A stretch of 64,000 nt of DNA from Candidatus Dormiibacterota bacterium (GCA_963709585.1 CAVPXI010000013.1:32001-96000), one strand, 5' to 3'; positions 1-10,365 are shown, numbered from the stretch's first letter. The notes: generated by a model not told the origin, from the letters alone. Numbers and translations: made by a program.

Positions 1-351
1 GAGGTGATCACGGCATTCCTCCGCGGTCGGCGACCGCAGATCGCATCGCATTCCGTCTGTGTCGAATGCAAGCGGCGAGGCACTGTGTGCGTGATGGTCT
101 CGAAGGGTATCCCCTGTCTCGGACCGGTCACCCATGCCGGCTGCGGCGCGATCTGCCCCACCTATGATCGTGGTTGCTATGGGTGCTTCGGGCCCGCGGA
201 TACCACCAATGTTCCTGCGTTCGTCGCTGCCCTGGGCAGTGCGGGGATCTCAGGCTTCGACCTGGTTCGGGTCTTTCGAACCTTCAACGCCGATGCGCCG
301 GCGTTTCGCGATGCAAGTACGAGTGCGGAGGCCGCGGTGACCAACCCATGA
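1..351 (+). CDS. hyhS: [NiFe]-hydrogenase group 3b small (delta) subunit, C-terminal part (5' end outside window)
   Basis: Cys-rich Fe-S motifs [12 protein letters not shown]...[15 protein letters not shown]...CYGCFGP; ATGA overlap with the large subunit. Confidence 0.85.
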   Translation, partial: EVITAFLRGRRPQIASHSVCVECKRRGTVCVMVSKGIPCLGPVTHAGCGAICPTYDRGCYGCFGPADTTNVPAFVAALGSAGISGFDLVRVFRTFNADAPAFRDASTSAEAAVTNP

Positions 352-1652
352 CCCATACCAACGGCGGCTCGCGTACGCTCTCGGTCGCGTCGCTCGCTCG
401 CATCGAGGGCGAGGGGAGCATGCACGTGGTCGTGCGCGACGGGATTGTTCGTGACGTCGAACTGCGTATCTTCGAGCCACCCCGATTCTTTGAAGCCTTC
501 CTCCGCGGACGTTCATACACCGAGCTGCCCGACATCACGGCTCGGATCTGCGGGATCTGTCCGGTCGCATATCAGATGAGTGCCTGCCAGGCGATCGAGA
601 ACGCCTGCGGGGTCGTCATCGACGACCAGGTCCGCGCACTGCGCCGCCTGCTTTACTGCGGCGAGTGGATCGAGAGCCACACGTTGCACATCTATCTGCT
701 GCATGCGCCCGACTTCCTCGGGTACGAGAGTTCGATCGACCTGGCTCGTGATCATCGCGACATCGTCGAACGCGGCCTCAAGCTTAAGAAGATCGGTAAC
801 GACATCCTCAACGTGCTTGGCGGACGCGCGATCCATCCTGTCAACGTGCGCGTCGGCGGCTTCTACAAGGCGCCCCTGGTCGGCGACCTCGAGGCGCTCG
901 CCGAGCGTCTCCAGTGGGCGCGGGATGCCGCGATCACCACCGCGCGTTGGGTTGCAGGGTTCGAGTTCCCTGACCTCACGCTGGAGGGAGACCTGGTCGC
1001 GTTGCACAACGACAACGAGTATCCGGTCCTCGAAGGGCGCATCGCCTCGACCGCGGGTCTGGACATCGCCGTCGCGGACTTTCCCGACCATTTCACCGAA
1101 GAACACGTGGCGCATTCCACAGCGCTCCAGGGGCACGCTCGAACCGGCGACCTGTATACGCTCGGACCCCTCGCCCGCTACAACCTCAACTTCGATGTGC
1201 TGCCTCCGCTCGTCAGGCAGGTGGCGGCCGACGTCGGCGTCGCCGGCAGCTGTCGAAACCCGTTTCAGAGCATCATCGTCCGCGCGCTGGAGGTGGTATT
1301 CGCCTGCGACGAAGCGCTGCGAATCATCGCCGCGTACGAGCCTCCGGCCGCACCGCATGCCGTGATGCCCGCGCGCGCCGGCACCGGTCATGGATGCACC
1401 GAGGCACCACGGGGCTCGCTGTACCATCGCTACACGATCGACGCCGGCGGCCTCATCCGTGATGCGGTGATCGTGCCGCCGACCTCACAGAACCAGCCAT
1501 CGATCGAACACAGCCTCCGCCAGTTCGTCCAGGATCGTCTCAATCTCGATGATGCCGAGCTGACCCGGCAGTGCGAGCAGGCGATCCGCAATTACGACCC
1601 TTGCATCTCCTGCGCGACCCACTTCCTCGATCTCAGCGTGGACCGCGGGTGA
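348..1652 (+). CDS. hyhL: [NiFe]-hydrogenase group 3b large (alpha) subunit
   Basis: ARIEGEG N-terminal motif, L1 [12 protein letters not shown]2 [12 protein letters not shown] with short cleavable C-terminal tail; start ATG 348 overlaps the upstream stop. Confidence 0.95.
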   Translation: MTHTNGGSRTLSVASLARIEGEGSMHVVVRDGIVRDVELRIFEPPRFFEAFLRGRSYTELPDITARICGICPVAYQMSACQAIENACGVVIDDQVRALRRLLYCGEWIESHTLHIYLLHAPDFLGYESSIDLARDHRDIVERGLKLKKIGNDILNVLGGRAIHPVNVRVGGFYKAPLVGDLEALAERLQWARDAAITTARWVAGFEFPDLTLEGDLVALHNDNEYPVLEGRIASTAGLDIAVADFPDHFTEEHVAHSTALQGHARTGDLYTLGPLARYNLNFDVLPPLVRQVAADVGVAGSCRNPFQSIIVRALEVVFACDEALRIIAAYEPPAAPHAVMPARAGTGHGCTEAPRGSLYHRYTIDAGGLIRDAVIVPPTSQNQPSIEHSLRQFVQDRLNLDDAELTRQCEQAIRNYDPCISCATHFLDLSVDRG

Positions 1653-2149
1653 GCGGCCCGACGGTTGTCATCGGGATCGGCAACCGCTTCCGTCGAGACG
1701 ACGGCGCCGCACTTCACGTCATCGAGATGCTGCGCGACCGCGTTCCGGCGTCCGTGCTCCTTGTGGAAAGTGACGGTGAACCCACCCGGCTCATCGATTC
1801 CTGGACGGATGTCCAGCTCGCCGTCGTCGTCGAGACCGTTCGCCGTGGCGAGCCCCCGGGGACCGTCTTCGCAGTCGAGTGGGAGATGTGGACTGACTTT
1901 ACTGCGACCCCCCATCGCGAACACGGCTCGCACAGCCTCGGGGTGCTCGAGGCAATCGCGCTCGGCGACGCCGTCGGTCGCATGCCAGGCCGGCTTCGTC
2001 TCATCGGCATCGAGCCCGAGGATGTCGGATGGGGTGAGGGACTGTCGCCGGCCATTGCGACGGGTGTCGACAACGCCGCGCGCCTCGTCCTTGACTACTT
2101 GGGGGTGACGCCCCCTGCGTCGGGTGTGAGCGGGCGCACACGTCGATAG
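1649..2149 (+). CDS. hydrogenase maturation protease
   Basis: [13 protein letters not shown] motif and SHSLG; GTGA overlap with the large subunit stop. Confidence 0.9.
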   Translation: MSGPTVVIGIGNRFRRDDGAALHVIEMLRDRVPASVLLVESDGEPTRLIDSWTDVQLAVVVETVRRGEPPGTVFAVEWEMWTDFTATPHREHGSHSLGVLEAIALGDAVGRMPGRLRLIGIEPEDVGWGEGLSPAIATGVDNAARLVLDYLGVTPPASGVSGRTRR

Positions 2150-3867
2150 GCAGGCTCCCACATGGCCATCCGGACCTGAGCGCTGGCGGCACGCACCTCC
2201 GCACGAGCCACTCCTTCAGCCTTCGCTGCTCGCGCCACGGCGGCCGCGACTTGCAGGGAGACCTCTCTCACCTGATCCACCGGCGGCATGACCGGTGCCC
2301 CTGGACGCGATGCGTCCACGAACTCCGCGACCGTGTCGGCTGCAGCCAGCAGCATGCCGTCGCTGACCGCCCGGGCTCTAGCCACGATAGTGCCGAGCCC
2401 AAGGCCCGGAAAGACCAGCGCGTTGTTCGCCTGGCCGATCGTGTACGTCACGCCCCCGTGCTCGACCGGAGGGAACGGGCTGCCGGTTGCGACCAGGGCG
2501 CGACCGTCGCTCCACCTGATCAGATCCGACGGTACCGCCTCGGAAAGCGAGGTCGGGTTAGACAGCGCGAAGATGATCGGCCGCTCCGCATGGGAGGCCA
2601 TCTCGCGAACCACCGCCTCGGTAAACGATGAGGGTTGGGCGGCGCAGCCAATCAACACAGTGGGCTGCACCGCTCGCACCACTTCGAGCAGGCCGATCTC
2701 CCCTCCGTCACATTGCCAGGTGCGTACCTCCGCCCAAGCCCGGGCGTAGGCACGCTGGAAATCGCGCATCCCGGCGGCCATGCCCTCGACGAGGAGACCA
2801 TGGCTGCCCAGACACCAGACCCGGCGTCTCGCCTCGTCGCCTGACATGCCGTCGCGCACCATCGCGCTGCAGATGAAGTCGGCGATGCCAACCCCGGCGG
2901 TCCCCGCACCGAACACCACCACGCGTTGGTCGCTGAGTGTTGTCCCCGCGGCGCGCGCTGCCGCCATTACCCCGCCGAGCACGACTGCCCCGGTTCCCTG
3001 CATGTCGTCGTTGAACGTGCAGGTCGTCTCGCGATAGCGATCGAGAATCCGCCGCGCGTTGCTGGCGCCGAAGTCTTCCCAGTGGAGGAGCGCGTTGGGG
3101 AAGCGAGACGTCGCAGAGCGGACAAACCGGTCGATGAACCTGTCGTAGGCGTCCCCGCGCACGCGCGGGTGCCGAGCGCCCATGTAGGCCGGGTACTCGA
3201 GTAACTCCTGGCGATCGGTGCCGACGTCGAGCATCACCGGAATCGCCCGGGTGGGGTCGATTCCCGCGGCGGCGGTATACACCGCGAGCTTGCCGACCGA
3301 GATCGCGATGCCTCCTATCCCCCAGTCGCCGATGCCGAGGATCTGTTCGGCGTCGGTCGCGACGATCAGGTCGATGTCTTCGGGAGCAGCACCGTAATTC
3401 TTGAAGGTCACGTCGATATCGTCTGGGTCGTCAACACAGAGGTAGACGCCACGCGGACGTTGGAATTCCTTGCTGTACCGTTCGATCGCCTCGCCGACCG
3501 TGGGCGTGTAGACGATCGGGAGCATCTCGGCGAGATGCTCGCTGAGCACACGGTAGTACAGCACCTCATTGCGATCGTGGAGCGAGTCCAGAAAGAGGTG
3601 CTTGGCGAGATCGTCTCCCTGGTGGCGATATTGCACGTAGGATCGCTCCGCCTGCAAATCGATCGTGGTGACCGCAGTCGGCAGCAGTCCCCGCAGACCG
3701 AGCGCGGTCCGCTCCTCGAGTGTGAAGGCGGACCCCTTGTTGAGCACCGGTGCCTCCAGGATGTCCCGGCCGCGTCGGCTGGTCTCGTACGCCCCGTCGG
3801 GCGCGACCCGAAATGGCCGCTGCGGCTGCGGCGATTCCGGCCGTGCCGTCAGGGAAGCGCTTCTCAA
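2095..3867 (-). CDS. maeA: NAD-dependent malic enzyme
   Basis: LNKGSAFT, PIVYTPTVG, ILGIGDWG, FNDDMQGTG, GAGTAG, LSNPT and QANNALVFPGLGLG motifs. Confidence 0.93.
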   Translation of the reverse strand: MRSASLTARPESPQPQRPFRVAPDGAYETSRRGRDILEAPVLNKGSAFTLEERTALGLRGLLPTAVTTIDLQAERSYVQYRHQGDDLAKHLFLDSLHDRNEVLYYRVLSEHLAEMLPIVYTPTVGEAIERYSKEFQRPRGVYLCVDDPDDIDVTFKNYGAAPEDIDLIVATDAEQILGIGDWGIGGIAISVGKLAVYTAAAGIDPTRAIPVMLDVGTDRQELLEYPAYMGARHPRVRGDAYDRFIDRFVRSATSRFPNALLHWEDFGASNARRILDRYRETTCTFNDDMQGTGAVVLGGVMAAARAAGTTLSDQRVVVFGAGTAGVGIADFICSAMVRDGMSGDEARRRVWCLGSHGLLVEGMAAGMRDFQRAYARAWAEVRTWQCDGGEIGLLEVVRAVQPTVLIGCAAQPSSFTEAVVREMASHAERPIIFALSNPTSLSEAVPSDLIRWSDGRALVATGSPFPPVEHGGVTYTIGQANNALVFPGLGLGTIVARARAVSDGMLLAAADTVAEFVDASRPGAPVMPPVDQVREVSLQVAAAVARAAKAEGVARAEVRAASAQVRMAMWEPAYRRVRPLTPDAGGVTPK

Positions 3868-4286
3868 TGGGCGACCATGACGGGCACTTTGGCGGTGTGA
3901 ACGAGCTTGTTCGAGACACTGCCCACGAGCATGCCAGTCAGGCTCGACAATCCACGCCGCCCCACGACGATGAGATCCGCACCGCTCTCGTCCGCAAATT
4001 CAGTGATCTTGCGCGGGACGTCGCGGGTGTGTGCTTGTAGCAGGTGACCGTGGGCGACGACTCCGCTCTCCTTCAACTGCTGAATCGCTGCCGCGACGAC
4101 TGCCTGGGCCTCGGCGGGCGTTTCGAGATCGGGGGACATGCCTGCTTTTGAAGGCACGGGGTCGTGCTCATGGACGTGGACCACCTCGACAGCCGAACCC
4201 GTCTTGACGGCAAGGCCGGCAGCGGCAGTCAGCGCGGCCTGAGAGAACTCAGAACCGTCGATCGCAACCACGATTTTGTCGAACAT
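3864..4286 (-). CDS. universal stress protein (UspA family)
   Basis: MFDKIVVAIDGS...DLIVVGRRG...GSVSNKLV; AGGAGG RBS upstream of ATG 4286. Confidence 0.92.
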   Translation of the reverse strand: MFDKIVVAIDGSEFSQAALTAAAGLAVKTGSAVEVVHVHEHDPVPSKAGMSPDLETPAEAQAVVAAAIQQLKESGVVAHGHLLQAHTRDVPRKITEFADESGADLIVVGRRGLSSLTGMLVGSVSNKLVHTAKVPVMVAH

Positions 4287-4529
4287 GTCGGTCGGCCTCC
4301 TTGTGATCTTCCGAGTTGTGTGCTCATAAGCTTCTGGCGGGTTCCCTGTCCACGTGCCCCATGCAGCGGCGTGAAGCCGTTCGCCATGACAAGCAGAACG
4401 GGTTGCGGCACCACCGCGCAAGGGTCATTGGTCGCGTGATCAGAGGTCATCCGGAGGACGTTGGCGCCGAGCGCCCTGAGCCGATCGGCTGCCTCTCGGA
4501 CGACAGCCCTTACCTCGCCACGTCATCCT

Positions 4530-4544
4530 GTGACCAAAGGCCCT
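4530..4544. promoter_or_regulatory. DosR/DevR-like binding box
   Basis: GTGACCAAAGGCCCT; a second copy AGGGTCATTGGTCGC at 4421-4435; lies between the divergent USP and the small ORF at 4603. Confidence 0.6.
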
Positions 4545-4602
4545 GTAGACACGGGCCATTCGACACTGTGCGGCACCTCCGGATCGCGACCAACCTTACG
4601 GT

Positions 4603-4851
4603 GTGCGCAACACCGATCGTCTCTTCAGCATCGTGGACCCGAACACTCGCCGGCTGGTTGGCCTGTGCTCTGGACCGGAAGAGGACGGAACGTGCCTGAC
4701 GACGCGTATGGGCGCCCTCCCGTGTGAAGGGCGGCAGATCATTCCCCTGCACGGCACGTCCGTTGACGGATTGCCTTTCACGGTCGTCGGCGGACATTCT
4801 CCCGCCTGTCCACTCGCATGGGTCGACGGTGCTCGTCCGCGGGTGCCGTGA
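4603..4851 (+). CDS. small Cys-containing hypothetical protein
   Basis: 82-aa ORF with four spaced Cys (LCSG..GTC..LPCEG..ACP); DosR-like box about 60 bp upstream. Confidence 0.55.
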   Translation: MRNTDRLFSIVDPNTRRLVGLCSGPEEDGTCLTTRMGALPCEGRQIIPLHGTSVDGLPFTVVGGHSPACPLAWVDGARPRVP

Positions 4852-4972
4852 CCTGATCGAGGGAACGCGAACCCAAGCCGGCGATCGCCGTGCCGCACGA
4901 GGAGGAACGTTCTCGGGCGGATCATCCACCATGTTGGTTTAAGGCTGGATGCTCATCGGCGCGGGTCACGAG

Positions 4973-5977
4973 TTAAGGTGAGCTCGCGCCCGTGCCGGGC
5001 CGTCGCCTCATCTCCGCGTAATGACGCCGCCAGATCAACCGGTGAATCGGAATCCAGCGGGGGATATCTCGCAAGCCGGGAATGAACGGCACCAGCAGAA
5101 GCAGAGCGGTCAGCAGGAGCATCACCCCGACCACTGCAAGGTCCGTGTTCGCACTGCTGATGCCGAGGAATCCGGTGGACGAGTTGAAGGGTGGAACCTG
5201 GTACCACATCGTATAGAGCCAGAGCCACGCTGAACCCGGGTAGCGCCCGGTCTCGTTCATCACGCCCCAGTCACTGCCGATGAGCTTCTGTTGCGCCGCG
5301 AGGGCGGCGATGTAGCCTCCGTCATCGAGGAACAACAGCGGCCGGGAGAAATCGGTCTGATAGAAGTGGTTGCTGGTCAGGAGCAGCGCGTCGAGGCCGC
5401 CGGACCTGGCCAGCGTGAGCATGCGGTCCATGAGCACCGACACCGGGCCATAGTCCCCCGAGGGAACGGTCACGGTGCCGTCCGCCGCCACCGACGCCGT
5501 ACCGAGACCGGTGGTGTAGTTGGTGAGCCATTTCTGCTGCTGATCGCCCGACGCCGTGTTGTATGCGGTCAACGCCAGGGCAAGCCCCGAATCCCCGGCG
5601 GTTGCCTGGGTGAGCGGCTGGAGCACGAAATCGTTGGGCGCGTCGACGGGGACATGCACCCCCGCCCACTGCTGCGGAGACAGCGGACCCCAGCTCTGCA
5701 CCGACCCACTCCCCGAGTTGTACGGCGGCCCGTACGAGGCGACCACAGTAGAACCGGCGAGTTCGCCGGAGGCGGTCGTGAGGAAGTCCACGGGGTCCGC
5801 CTTAGACCAGCTCTGCAGCGTCACCGACGGCACGTCCGGCGACGACAGCACCGCTGAGAGCACCAGCACGAGACCCAGCACGCCGACCATCGCGATCGTG
5901 ACCTCTTTCAGGAGGTCGTAGGGAATCATCCTGACGCCCCGGTAGTAGGTCTTCTTGTCGACCTTGGAGGTCTTCAC
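4973..5977 (-). CDS. cytochrome b6 subunit-IV-like membrane protein with large extracytoplasmic insert
   Basis: PYDLLKE followed by a TM helix, long soluble region, then PGSAWLWLYTMWY and a C-terminal TM; GTG 5977 overlaps the cytochrome b stop. Confidence 0.7.
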   Translation of the reverse strand: MKTSKVDKKTYYRGVRMIPYDLLKEVTIAMVGVLGLVLVLSAVLSSPDVPSVTLQSWSKADPVDFLTTASGELAGSTVVASYGPPYNSGSGSVQSWGPLSPQQWAGVHVPVDAPNDFVLQPLTQATAGDSGLALALTAYNTASGDQQQKWLTNYTTGLGTASVAADGTVTVPSGDYGPVSVLMDRMLTLARSGGLDALLLTSNHFYQTDFSRPLLFLDDGGYIAALAAQQKLIGSDWGVMNETGRYPGSAWLWLYTMWYQVPPFNSSTGFLGISSANTDLAVVGVMLLLTALLLLVPFIPGLRDIPRWIPIHRLIWRRHYAEMRRRPGTGASSP

Positions 5978-6651
5978 GGCGCCACCTGCATCGGATCGTC
6001 GATCGGCCGCACCACGCCTTTGGCTCGCACCTGAATGATGTGCAGCACCACCAGGAGGGTCACTCCGATCGGGAACAGCATCACGTGCAGCCCGTACATC
6101 TGACCGAAGTTGAGTGCGTTGAACAGTCCGCCGAAGCCCGTGGAGTTGATCGCGTCCTTGGCGTTGATCGCGATCCATTGCGAGTCGAAGTTCTGCTGAA
6201 CGACGTACCCGGTGAAGGCCGTGCCGACGCTGACCGCAAAGATCACTACGCCGATCATCCAGGTCTTGGCCCTCCCGTCTCGCCAGCCGGCTCCCCAATA
6301 CTGTCCCCAGAGGTGGAGCACCATGAAGATGAAGAACATCTGGACGGACCAGAAATGAATGCTGTTGAAGAAATGTCCAATTGATGACACGTGCCACCAC
6401 TCGGATCCAAAGAATGCGAGCACCACGCCGCTGAGCACCACCCAGAACAACGCGGCGATGGTCACCACTCCGAAAACGTAGACCCACGAGCCGACGTAGG
6501 CGGGCTGCTTGGTGGGGAGCAGTTCGCTGATGGGTAGCGTCTTCTCAACACGCCGGCGTACGGACGCCGTCCATCCTGTCTCATCGTCGACGCCGGAGGG
6601 GGCGGTCGTGACCGACGCGTCGAGGGTGACGGGTGCGCTCTCGTCAGTCAT
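5974..6651 (-). CDS. cytochrome b/b6 N-terminal domain protein
   Basis: Four TM helices with heme His pairs IHFWSVQMFFIFMVLH and LHVMLFPIGVTLLVVLH; W.IG....TAFTGY motif. Confidence 0.9.
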   Translation of the reverse strand: MTDESAPVTLDASVTTAPSGVDDETGWTASVRRRVEKTLPISELLPTKQPAYVGSWVYVFGVVTIAALFWVVLSGVVLAFFGSEWWHVSSIGHFFNSIHFWSVQMFFIFMVLHLWGQYWGAGWRDGRAKTWMIGVVIFAVSVGTAFTGYVVQQNFDSQWIAINAKDAINSTGFGGLFNALNFGQMYGLHVMLFPIGVTLLVVLHIIQVRAKGVVRPIDDPMQVAP

Positions 6652-6793
6652 CGTGCGGCTCCTTCGGCCGATGCGACGGGAACGGCGCGACAAGCGCCAC
6701 CACGAAGAGCGCCACCATCACGCAGATGAGGACGAAATTCGGCAGCGAGATGAGGATGAAGCCCCAGTGAATGTAGGGAGCCGGCGCGTCCAT
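6644..6793 (-). CDS. small single-pass membrane protein (49 aa), first gene of the cytochrome b operon
   Basis: Hand-translated MDAPAPYIHWGFILISLPNFVLICVMVALFVVALVAPFPSHRPKEPHDD; GGAGG RBS; stop overlaps the cytochrome b start; below the ORF-track cutoff. Confidence 0.75.
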   Translation of the reverse strand: MDAPAPYIHWGFILISLPNFVLICVMVALFVVALVAPFPSHRPKEPHDD

Positions 6794-6904
6794 TGGCAGC
6801 CTCCGTGTGTCGTTGGAGTGTCACTCGCGAGTTTGTGTGCCCCCGCGAACGAGGTGGAAGGGAACGAGGTCGCCGGAATCGGGTGACGTAAGGCACCCGG
6901 GCGT

Positions 6905-6919
6905 GTGACCAACGACCCT
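6905..6919. promoter_or_regulatory. DosR/DevR-like binding box
   Basis: GTGACCAACGACCCT upstream of the cytochrome b operon. Confidence 0.6.
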
Positions 6920-6949
6920 GGGCGGCTCGTCGTTGCTTCCGACTTGTGG

Positions 6950-7367
6950 TCAGGTTCCGGGGATGCGCCTGCCCGTCACCTCATCCATCGAAATCCGTAC
7001 CCAGTGTTGGGTGGACCGCGTTGCCCACGAATGCAGCGGCCCCCGCCGCAACGCCTCCAGCTCGTCTTCGTCGGTGATCTCGCGCGCCGTCCCCTTGACG
7101 AGGACACTCCACCCGGCGTGGTACAGGGGCCGGCTGTCGTCGACTTCGAAGACGACCGGCGCGCCAGCGCCGACAGCGCTCAACTTGGTCCCCCGGCTCC
7201 GTGCAGAAGACGATGGACTCGTCGTCGGCGAGGTAGTTGACAGGGACGATCAACGGACGTCCATCGACGACAAGACCAACCCTGCCCACGTATGCATGGA
7301 GCTGGAGCAGTTCGATCGACTCGGTCCTGCTGAGTTCGTGCACTCTCGTTTGGGATGTGCTCTCCAC
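6950..7367 (-). CDS. pyridoxamine 5'-phosphate oxidase-like flavin-binding protein (frameshift near 7190)
   Basis: ELSRTESIELL..VGRVGL..PVNY..IVFCTEPG in one frame continues as VVFEVDD..GWSVLVKGTA..VTGRRI in another; the shift falls in a C-run. Confidence 0.85.
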
Positions 7368-7378
7368 TTGCTCTCCTC

Positions 7379-8053
7379 TCACGACCAATCGTTGGTTTGT
7401 CGCTTACCGGCGCTCCGCCGCGCCATGAAGGCGGCCGCCTCCGCTCGGCGTGACAACCCCAGCTTCATGAGGATGTTGGATACGTAGTTCTTCACGGTCT
7501 TCTCCGCGAGGAACACCTTCTCGGCGATCTGACGGTTGGTCATCCCTTCCGCGACCAGGTCGAGAATCTTCCGCTCCTGCGGGGTCAGGTCGGCGGTGCC
7601 GTCGTCGGGCTGCGCCCCATCGCCGCGGAGCCGGGCGAGCACCCTCGCCGTCACCGTCGGGTCGAGCAACGATTCGCCCCGGGCGACCTGCCGGATGGCC
7701 CCGACCAGGTCACTGCCGCGAACCTGCTTGAGGACGAAGCCCGCAGCGCCGGCCATGATCGAGCTGAACAGCGCCTCGTCGTCGGAATGCGCCGTGAGCA
7801 TCAGGACCTTGGTGTCGGGAAACGCTGACCGGATCTCGCGGCAGGCCTCGATCCCCGATCGGCCGGGAAGGCGGACGTCCATGATCACCACGTCCGGGCG
7901 GCTGGCCTCGACGGCCTTGAGCGCCGCGTCGGCGTCCCCGGCCTCGGCGACCACCGTGATGCCGCCGACACCCTCGAGGATGCTGCTGAGACCGCGGCGA
8001 ACAAGTTCGTGGTCGTCACAGAGCATGATCCGGATCGCGGGCTCGTCAGGCAC
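7379..8053 (-). CDS. LuxR/NarL-family response regulator, DevR/DosR-like
   Basis: DDHELVRRGL, DVRLP, SIMAGAAGFVLK and HTH LTPQERKIL..GMTNRQIAEKVFLAEKTVKNYVS. Confidence 0.93.
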   Translation of the reverse strand: MPDEPAIRIMLCDDHELVRRGLSSILEGVGGITVVAEAGDADAALKAVEASRPDVVIMDVRLPGRSGIEACREIRSAFPDTKVLMLTAHSDDEALFSSIMAGAAGFVLKQVRGSDLVGAIRQVARGESLLDPTVTARVLARLRGDGAQPDDGTADLTPQERKILDLVAEGMTNRQIAEKVFLAEKTVKNYVSNILMKLGLSRRAEAAAFMARRSAGKRQTNDWS

Positions 8054-8109
8054 GTCTGCACTGTAGCAGCGTGCCGGGGCGCCATCCGGTCAATCGGCCC
8101 GCCGAGATG

Positions 8110-8124
8110 GTGACCTTCTCCCCT
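8110..8124. promoter_or_regulatory. DosR/DevR-like binding box
   Basis: GTGACCTTCTCCCCT in the divergent intergenic region between the response regulator and the kinase operon. Confidence 0.5.
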
Positions 8125-8169
8125 TGGCACCTGTCGGTCGTGGATCCACCATGACAACACCGGAACGCC

Positions 8170-8661
8170 ATGAACACAATGCTTCTCCACGACTTCGCTT
8201 ACGTCCCCGTCTCCGCCGAGCGGGTGTGCGATCGAATCATGGCCGAGGATCGGGAGTGGCTCGCTCCTCTGGCCGCGGCAGCCATGAGCGAAGGGGACGC
8301 GCTTCGCCTCAGGATCGGACCGTTCGGCGCCGTGCCGTTGCTCGCAAAGACCGTGAGCCTGGAGGTCGGCGAGCCCCTCAAGCGTGACGAGGTGACCGTC
8401 GTGCCGCTCACTTGGAAGGCGACGGCGACCCCGGGGCTCTTTCCAGTGATGAGTGCCGATCTCGAGGTTGTGGCGCTGGATGCCGAGCTCACCCAGATCA
8501 CACTCAGGGGGCGCTATGAACCTCCGCTCGGTGCCGTCGGACGCCGGTTCGACCGGCTCCTCATGCATCGCATCGCAGAGGCGAGTGTCCGTTCGTTCCT
8601 CAGCCGGCTGGTTGCAACACTCACAGCCACGGAAACCGTCGCACCCGCAACCGTGCGCTGA
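8170..8661 (+). CDS. conserved hypothetical protein (SRPBCC-like)
   Basis: 163-aa ORF with PLTWKAT..LFPVMSADLEV..GRYEPPLG..DRLLMHRIAEASVRSFL. Confidence 0.75.
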   Translation: MNTMLLHDFAYVPVSAERVCDRIMAEDREWLAPLAAAAMSEGDALRLRIGPFGAVPLLAKTVSLEVGEPLKRDEVTVVPLTWKATATPGLFPVMSADLEVVALDAELTQITLRGRYEPPLGAVGRRFDRLLMHRIAEASVRSFLSRLVATLTATETVAPATVR

Positions 8662-8753
8662 ACGGGACGGCCCATCGACCTTCTCGCGTGACGCCCAAAC
8701 GCGAGCCGCCACCGGTTCGTCGGCGCTCACGGCCGGGATATGATCCCGATCGG

Positions 8754-10365
8754 ATGGCACTGAGTGGCAGCCGTGCGGCGCGTTTGTTGGACACAGGGCT
8801 CGCCTTGGCTGCAGAGCTGTCTCTCCCGGCACTCCTCCAGAGGATCGTCGACGTTGCCGTCGACCTGACCGAGGCTCGGTACGGTGCGCTCGGGGTGCTG
8901 TCATCAGGTGGATCCGACCTCAGCGACTTCATCACGAGTGGGCTGAGCGCGGAACAGCGTGCCGCTATCGGTGAGTTGCCTCGCGGTCTTGGCATCCTCG
9001 GCGTGCTGATTCGTGAACCTGCGGTGCTCCGCATCCGGGACATCGCCGAGGACGCGCGTGCCACCGGCTTTCCGCCCAACCACCCGCCGATGCACTCGTT
9101 TCTCGGAGCGCCGATCCGCGCCCACGGCCGCGTCTTCGGCAACATCTACCTCACGGACAAGAAGGGGGCGCTCGAGTTCACAGAGGACGACGAGGCTGCG
9201 GCCCTCGTTCTGGCGACCCAGGCAGGGGTTGCGATCGCCAACGCGCAACTGTACGCGGAGCTGCAGCAACGCGAACGCTGGTTGGACTCGGTGCGCGAGG
9301 TGACGACCGCGCTGCTTTCCGGTGACACGGCCCGCAAGGCGCTGCGGTTGATCGCCCAGCACGCCCGCGAGCTCGGCAATGCGGACATGGCCACCATCAG
9401 CGTTCCGGATGGTCAGGGGCTGCGCATCATCGTTGCCGACGGAGCCGGAGCGCACGACCTGCTCGACGTCGAGGTGCCACTTGCCGGTTCTCTGTCGGCC
9501 GACGTGATCCGCACCGAGCGCACCATGATCGTGACCGACGCGAGCCACTCGACGTTGACGCAGCCGATGGTGAGTGTCGCCGGCGTCGGCCCGATGATCC
9601 TGGTGCCGCTCGCGCTCCGGACGAGTACCGCCGGCGTCCTGGCTGTCGGCCGTGTCGCGGGGCGCCCGGCTTTCGGATCGGCGGACACGCCTGTGCTCGA
9701 GAGCTTCGCTGAGCAGGCGAGCCTGGCCCTTGAATACGCCCGCGCCGTCTCAGAAATATCGCGTTTGGAAATCATCGAGGACCGGGAGCGGATCGCGCGT
9801 GACCTGCACGACGGCGTCATCCAGTCGCTGTTTGCGGTTGGCATCGGACTGCAAGGAACCGCTGCGGTCGTCGGTGATCCGCATCTTGCCGATCGCATCC
9901 AGCAGTTCGTCAGCGAGATCGACCGCGTGATCGGCGACGTGCGCAGTTACATCTTCGGGCTCCGCCCGAGCGTGCTGACCGCGGGCAACCTCACCAACAC
10001 CCTGGAGCAGCTCGCCCACGAGGTTGAGGAGCGGACCGGCGTCACCGTGATCGTTGAGATCGACGTTTCACTTGAAGCCGCCCTCGCCAACGCATCCGCG
10101 CAGATCGTGCATATCGTCCGCGAAGCGCTGTCGAACATGGGACGTCATTCGGGCGCGACGACCTGCCGCGTCTCGATTCTCCGCGACGCCGCATCTGCGG
10201 TCATCCAGATCGACGACGACGGGCGAGGTTTCGACGCCGCCTCGGCGCCGCGGGGGATGGGGATGGGGAACCTGGTGGAGCGGGCCGAGGCTATCGGTGG
10301 GCAATTGGAGATCGAGTTCGAAACCCGGATCGGGCACCACCATCACCGTGACCGTCCCACTGTGA
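8754..10365 (+). CDS. double-GAF sensor histidine kinase, DevS/DosS-like (frameshift near 10317)
   Basis: GAF-A with GLGILG and GFPPNHPPMHSFLGAPI, second GAF, H-box RERIARDLHDGVIQ, ATPase DDDGRGF/GMGMG; C-terminus SKPGSGTTITVTVPL in another frame. Confidence 0.9.

Noticed and set aside
5978-6487. N-terminal extension of the 504-aa ORF
   Set aside because: Overlaps cytochrome b out of frame; the real start is GTG 5977
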